From: Clostridia bacterium
GTDB taxonomy: Bacteria; Bacillota; Clostridia; TANB77; CAG-465
Reading direction: 5' to 3'
NCBI GenBank assembly: GCA_045536565.1
Contig: JAZSNU010000006.1
Coordinates: forward strand, 1 to 42,241
DNA: 42,241 bases
Positions 37,541 to 42,241 of the stretch are shown one piece after another. The notes below the pieces were generated by a model that was not told the origin of the DNA, ran no database searches, and saw only the letters and a list, made by a program, of their open reading frames with translations. Each line of letters starts with the position of its first letter. Position 1 is the first letter of the stretch. The position numbers and the translations under genes were made by a program.

Positions 37541-38488
37541 GTGGTAAAAATAAGTGTAATTGTTCCAATATATAATAGTGAAAAATATTTAAGAAAGTGT
37601 TTAGATTCATTAGTTAATCAAACATTAAAAGATATAGAAATAATATTAATTAATGATGGAAGTAAGGATGAGTCTGAAAATATAATTAAAGAATATCTTG
37701 AAAAATATGATAATATAAAATACATATACCAAGAAAATGCAGGACAAGCATGTGCAAGAAACAACGGAATTAAGGTAGCAAAAGGAGAATATCTTGCATT
37801 TTTAGATAGTGATGACTATCTTAGAGAAGATGCTTATGAAATATTGTGGAGACAAATAGAAGAAAAAAAATGTGATATACTTTGCTTTAATTATTATACA
37901 GATAGAGAAGATATAATTGAAAAAAATGGAGAATATGCAATAAATCCAGAAGATGTAGTTAAAAAATATATTATCAATGAGGCATCCCCTTGGAGTAAAG
38001 TAGTAAAAAAGGATATATTTATAAAAAACAATCTTGGATTCTTGGAAGATCATATATATGAAGATTTAGCACTTATTCCTACATTATCACTATATACTAA
38101 AAAAATAGAATATATTAATGAGTGCCTTTATTATTATAATATACATGATGCATCTACTATGAGACAAAAAGCATTTAGTAAGAAAATGTTAGATATATAT
38201 GATGTAATGGAACATCTATATAAAATTTTCTCTGAAACAGAGTATAGTGAAGAATTAGAATATTTATATATCGAACATTTACTTCATGGGGCTGGGCTTA
38301 ACTTCTTAAAATATGAAGAGGGAAGGCTAGAGCTTAAAAAAATAGGAAAAATAATAAAGAAAAAATTCCCTAAATGGAGAAATAATATTTATTATAAAAA
38401 ACAATCTATAAAATATAAAATAGTATGTAATTTGTTATATTATAATAAATATGATTTTATAAAAAAACTTTTGAAAATAGGAAGGTAA
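37541..38488 (+). CDS. glycosyltransferase family 2
   Basis: ISVIVPIYN, INDGSKD, ARNNG, FLDSDD, YED; GTG start. Confidence 0.92.
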   Translation: MVKISVIVPIYNSEKYLRKCLDSLVNQTLKDIEIILINDGSKDESENIIKEYLEKYDNIKYIYQENAGQACARNNGIKVAKGEYLAFLDSDDYLREDAYEILWRQIEEKKCDILCFNYYTDREDIIEKNGEYAINPEDVVKKYIINEASPWSKVVKKDIFIKNNLGFLEDHIYEDLALIPTLSLYTKKIEYINECLYYYNIHDASTMRQKAFSKKMLDIYDVMEHLYKIFSETEYSEELEYLYIEHLLHGAGLNFLKYEEGRLELKKIGKIIKKKFPKWRNNIYYKKQSIKYKIVCNLLYYNKYDFIKKLLKIGR

Positions 38489-38490
38489 TA

Positions 38491-39669
38491 ATGAATAGAA
38501 TATTATTTGTTGTTGATGAAAGAAAAATAGGTGGAGTAAGTATACTTTTAGAGGATTACCTTAAAAATATATCATTAAAAGATAAAAAAGTAACAGTACT
38601 AGTACTCCACAATAATGGTGATAGGTTACAAAATTTACCTAATGGAATTGAAATTAAATATATAGATAATGAATTAAAGGTAGTAGATTTTTCTTTGAAA
38701 GAACTTTTAAAAAGGAGAAAATATATGTATGCCTTTAAAAAATTACTAATATCTTTTTATATTAAGACAGGATATATAAAAAAATACATTTCAAAAATTA
38801 GAAAAAAATATAAAATAGAAAATTACGATATAGAAGTTGGCTTTAAGGATGGATTTTGTCATTTATTTACCGCTTTCGGAGATTCAAAGAAAAAAATAGC
38901 ATGGATTCATAATGATTATACATTAAATAATTTTATTAAAAAATATGATAAAACTTTTTATAATGTATTTGAAAAATACGACAATATCGTTGCTATATCT
39001 AATGAAATAAAAGAGCACTTTAACAATATATATAATAATCAAGATAAGACAGAGGTTATTAATAATTATATAGATGAAAATAAAATAAAAAACATGGCAA
39101 GTGAAAAGTGTGATTTAAAGATTGATAAAAACAAAATAAACATGTTATGTATTGGTAGATTATCATATGAAAAAGGATATGATAGATTATTAAATGCTCT
39201 ATGTAAATTAAAAAAAGAAAAGCCAAATATAAATGATGGGATATTTATTAATGTAATAGGCGATGGGGAAGAGTTTGAATCTTTAAACACTACTGTAAAA
39301 GAATATGGTCTAGAAAGTATTATAACATTTATGGGTAGAGATAATAATCCATATAAATATATTCCTAATTTTGATATGGTACTTATACCTTCAAGATATG
39401 AAGCATATTGTTTAGTTATGATAGAGGCATTAATAAATAAAGTACCTATTTTAACAACTGCCGTAGCAAGTGTAGATGAAATAACTAATAATGGAAAATA
39501 TGGTATGGTTATGCAAAATAGTGAAGAAGGAATATATAATGCTTTAAAAGAAATATTAAGTAATAAAAAAATAATAGATGAATATAAAGAAAATGTTAGT
39601 ACATATTCATATAAAGAGAAAAATATAGAAATTTTAGATAAAGTTAATAAATTATTGGAGATTAATTAA
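38491..39669 (+). CDS. glycosyltransferase family 4 (GT-B)
   Basis: GG near N-terminus, AWIHND, IGRLSYEKG, NPY, SRYEAY..V..EA. Confidence 0.9.
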   Translation: MNRILFVVDERKIGGVSILLEDYLKNISLKDKKVTVLVLHNNGDRLQNLPNGIEIKYIDNELKVVDFSLKELLKRRKYMYAFKKLLISFYIKTGYIKKYISKIRKKYKIENYDIEVGFKDGFCHLFTAFGDSKKKIAWIHNDYTLNNFIKKYDKTFYNVFEKYDNIVAISNEIKEHFNNIYNNQDKTEVINNYIDENKIKNMASEKCDLKIDKNKINMLCIGRLSYEKGYDRLLNALCKLKKEKPNINDGIFINVIGDGEEFESLNTTVKEYGLESIITFMGRDNNPYKYIPNFDMVLIPSRYEAYCLVMIEALINKVPILTTAVASVDEITNNGKYGMVMQNSEEGIYNALKEILSNKKIIDEYKENVSTYSYKEKNIEILDKVNKLLEIN

Positions 39670-41355
39670 ATGAAAAAAATTATAAAAATATTCGAAGATA
39701 TAAATATTAAAAATTTACTGTTGATATTTTTAATTATACAACCTTTTTTGGATATATATCTTAAAGTTGTTGGTGAAAAACTTGATATATTTGGTTTTTC
39801 GCTAACTACCCTTATAAGAGTTATCTTTGTATCGGTAGTTTTAATATATATTTTATTAAAAAAGAAAAATAAAAAAGATTGGATATTAGTTGGATCATAT
39901 TTAGGATTAGTCGCAATATATTCAATTATACATATATGTAGTGGACAAAAGTTTGTTAATAATTATAGACTAGAAAATGTAAGATATATAATTACAGAAT
40001 TATTATATATTTTAAGATTAACATTACCAGTATTACTTTTGTTTTGCCTTTATAAAGAGGGAACTGATATAAAAAAGACAACTAAATATTTAGCAATAAC
40101 TGCTATATTAATTAGTTTAATAATAGTAATAACAGATATTTTTAAAGTGTCTTTTGTTGCATATTCATTAGATTATACGATGGTAAAGGATAATATTTTT
40201 TCTTGGTTTACAGATGGATATAAAAAGTTTGAATATAATGAACTAACTGCCAAAGGCTGGTTTTATGAGGCAAATTCAATTAGTGCATTATTAGTGTTTA
40301 CATTTCCAATTTTGTTATATAGTGCTATGAAATTAAAGAAATGGTATTATTATGCAGGGATACAAATACAAATTGTTGCAATGCTTATGTTAGGAAGTAG
40401 AACTGCCTCTTATGGATGGATACTAGTATATATAGGGTATATATTTTTCTATTTAATGTATAATGGGGTTAAAAAGAGAAAATACGATTATAAATTTTTG
40501 ATTATAAGTGTAACTATTATAATATTTTCTAGCATATTATTAAACTATTCTCCAATAAGAGTTAGACAACTAAATAACGAGCAGTATAGGGCAAGTTATA
40601 ATGAGAATGTCCAAAAAATAGAAGAAAGTATTGAAGGAACAGAGCAGTATTTTATAAATGATATTATAAAGCAAGTTGTTTATGAAAATGGCGATCCTAT
40701 GTTATATGTAGATGCTATAAATAAAGGGATTATAAAAATTAGTGATAAATATTCTCACGAGGAAGTCAAAAAACTTATAGAAAACAATGATGTAAATGGA
40801 TTAAGGCGTTATATAATAAATGAGTATTTATATACTAACTACAATACTAATTATATTTCCGAGTTCTATATACTAAAAGCTTTGAGGTATGATGAAGATC
40901 CAGAATTTTGGCTTAATGTCTTTAAAATGTCGTTTGATACAAAAGCAGACAACAGGGAACTTGAAAAATTGATAATTAGAAGACTAAAATATAATAATGA
41001 TAATACAGTTATGGATACATTATTTGGCTTAAATGATTCTGTATTAAAATCAAGAGGTTTTGTTGTTGAAGCGGATTTTTACAATCATTATTATACAATT
41101 GGTGTTATAGGGATGATAATACTTTTTGGACCATATATTATATGTTTAGGATACATAGGAATTAAAATACTAAGAGATTTAAGAAACAAATTTACAATGG
41201 GTAATGTTATGTATGGTTTAGCGATAGTAGCAGCGCTAGGAATGGGATATTTAAGTGGACATCTAATTGATGAATATATAACATCACTATTACTTATGTA
41301 CATATTAGCATCTTTAATGTTAAATATTAGTGAAGATACGGAGGGATTACAATGA
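39670..41355 (+). CDS. polysaccharide polymerase / O-antigen-ligase-like membrane protein (Wzy)
   Basis: Multi-TM; IQPFLD, GWFYEANSISA, LGSRT, VEADF, SGH motifs; inside a GT operon. Confidence 0.75.
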   Translation: MKKIIKIFEDINIKNLLLIFLIIQPFLDIYLKVVGEKLDIFGFSLTTLIRVIFVSVVLIYILLKKKNKKDWILVGSYLGLVAIYSIIHICSGQKFVNNYRLENVRYIITELLYILRLTLPVLLLFCLYKEGTDIKKTTKYLAITAILISLIIVITDIFKVSFVAYSLDYTMVKDNIFSWFTDGYKKFEYNELTAKGWFYEANSISALLVFTFPILLYSAMKLKKWYYYAGIQIQIVAMLMLGSRTASYGWILVYIGYIFFYLMYNGVKKRKYDYKFLIISVTIIIFSSILLNYSPIRVRQLNNEQYRASYNENVQKIEESIEGTEQYFINDIIKQVVYENGDPMLYVDAINKGIIKISDKYSHEEVKKLIENNDVNGLRRYIINEYLYTNYNTNYISEFYILKALRYDEDPEFWLNVFKMSFDTKADNRELEKLIIRRLKYNNDNTVMDTLFGLNDSVLKSRGFVVEADFYNHYYTIGVIGMIILFGPYIICLGYIGIKILRDLRNKFTMGNVMYGLAIVAALGMGYLSGHLIDEYITSLLLMYILASLMLNISEDTEGLQ

Positions 41356-42241
41356 AAAAATTATCAATAATTGTTCCAGTATATAATACTCAAAACTATA
41401 TATCCAAGTGTTTGGATAGTTTAGTACAACAAACACTAGAAGATATAGAAATAATTGTTGTAAATGATGGTAGTCCTGATAATAGTGAACAAATAATAAA
41501 AGAATATGAAAAATCATATCCAAATATAATTAAATATATCAAAAAGGAAAATGGTGGTCTTTCTGATGCCAGAAATGCCGGTATAGCCGCTTCAGAAGGA
41601 GAGTATATAGGATTTGTAGATAGCGATGATTATGTAGAAAAAGATATGTTTAAACTTATGTATGAAAAAGCAAAATCTAAGGATTTTGATGTTGTTGCCT
41701 CAAATGTTTTATTAGTATACGAAGATACTAATAAAGATAATGAAGAAATATCATCTGCTATATTACAAGATATTTTTGACATAGAAAAAATAAAAGAAGT
41801 CATGACTTATATATATCCTGTTGCATGTAATAAAATATATAAAAGAAAATTCTTTGATAAAGTTAAGTTTAAAAAGAATATATGGTTTGAAGATGTAGAA
41901 TTTATGCTAAGACTTTTTCCATATATTAAAACTATCGGAGTAGTAAATAAACCATTATATAATTATTTACAGAGAAGCGATTCTATAACATATACTTTTA
42001 ATGGTAAATTATATGATTTTATAAATAATATGGAAGGAATAATAGATTATTATAAAGCTAATAATTTTTATGATGAATATAAAGAAGAATTAGAGTATTT
42101 ATATGTTAGGTATGCATTTGCTACATTTATGAAAAGACTTGCAAAAACAAAGAGTATAAAAAAATATATAGAAGGATATAAATATGCAAAAATGAAAGTT
42201 AATGAAAAATATCCTGATTATAAAAAGAATAAATATTTAAA
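41352..42241 (+). CDS. glycosyltransferase family 2 (3'-truncated by window end; not in ORF track)
   Basis: ATG 41352 overlapping the previous stop (ATGA); MKKLSIIVPVYN...VNDGSPD...NGGLSDARN...FVDSDD...WFED; reads as open to the end. Confidence 0.9.
   Translation, partial: MKKLSIIVPVYNTQNYISKCLDSLVQQTLEDIEIIVVNDGSPDNSEQIIKEYEKSYPNIIKYIKKENGGLSDARNAGIAASEGEYIGFVDSDDYVEKDMFKLMYEKAKSKDFDVVASNVLLVYEDTNKDNEEISSAILQDIFDIEKIKEVMTYIYPVACNKIYKRKFFDKVKFKKNIWFEDVEFMLRLFPYIKTIGVVNKPLYNYLQRSDSITYTFNGKLYDFINNMEGIIDYYKANNFYDEYKEELEYLYVRYAFATFMKRLAKTKSIKKYIEGYKYAKMKVNEKYPDYKKNKYL

Noticed and set aside
340-41303. Many short antisense or alternate-frame ORFs (e.g. 340-795, 4234-4449, 7438-7827, 11025-11336, 11465-11815, 17900-18220, 33620-33937)
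   Set aside because: They lie within well-supported genes, show no recognisable motifs, and look like shadow ORFs.
36573-41640. Similar 5' DNA among the three GT2 genes as a recombination or shuffling repeat
   Set aside because: The similarity follows ordinary GT2 N-terminal motif conservation, with many synonymous differences.

Overview
Very AT-rich chromosomal window from a low-GC Firmicute, most likely a spore-forming Clostridia lineage (inferred from gene content, sigma-A promoters and GGAGG RBSs). The backbone is housekeeping (pdp, rsmD, ftsK/spoIIIE, beta-CASP nuclease, dapA, asd, RluA-family, ppa, pheST, der, plsY, pta, cdaA, greA, lysS). It also carries a small cluster of probable sporulation genes and, at the right end, a Wzx/Wzy-type polysaccharide locus that runs off the window. 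The most unusual part is an islet at about 13.45-15.33 kb. It holds a frameshifted PBECR2-like nuclease gene, then a separately promoted and terminated ~130-nt RNA that folds by eye into a closed multi-way junction with a 7-bp kissing-loop pairing, then a YhcG/DUF1016 nuclease gene with a perfect 27-bp internal palindrome. Both protein genes are driven by copies of the same ~49-bp promoter, which carries a Spo0A-box-like TGTCGAA. Other notable items: a 656-aa pilin-like protein with phage-tail-like repeats next to an O-antigen-ligase-family gene, a 32-aa membrane peptide absent from the ORF track directly before cdaA, an ART-fold-like ORF inserted between pdp and rsmD, and an orphan PemK/MazF-like gene after lysS. 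No rRNA, tRNA, CRISPR array, transposase or integrase was recognised. All family calls are motif recognition by eye, not database searches.
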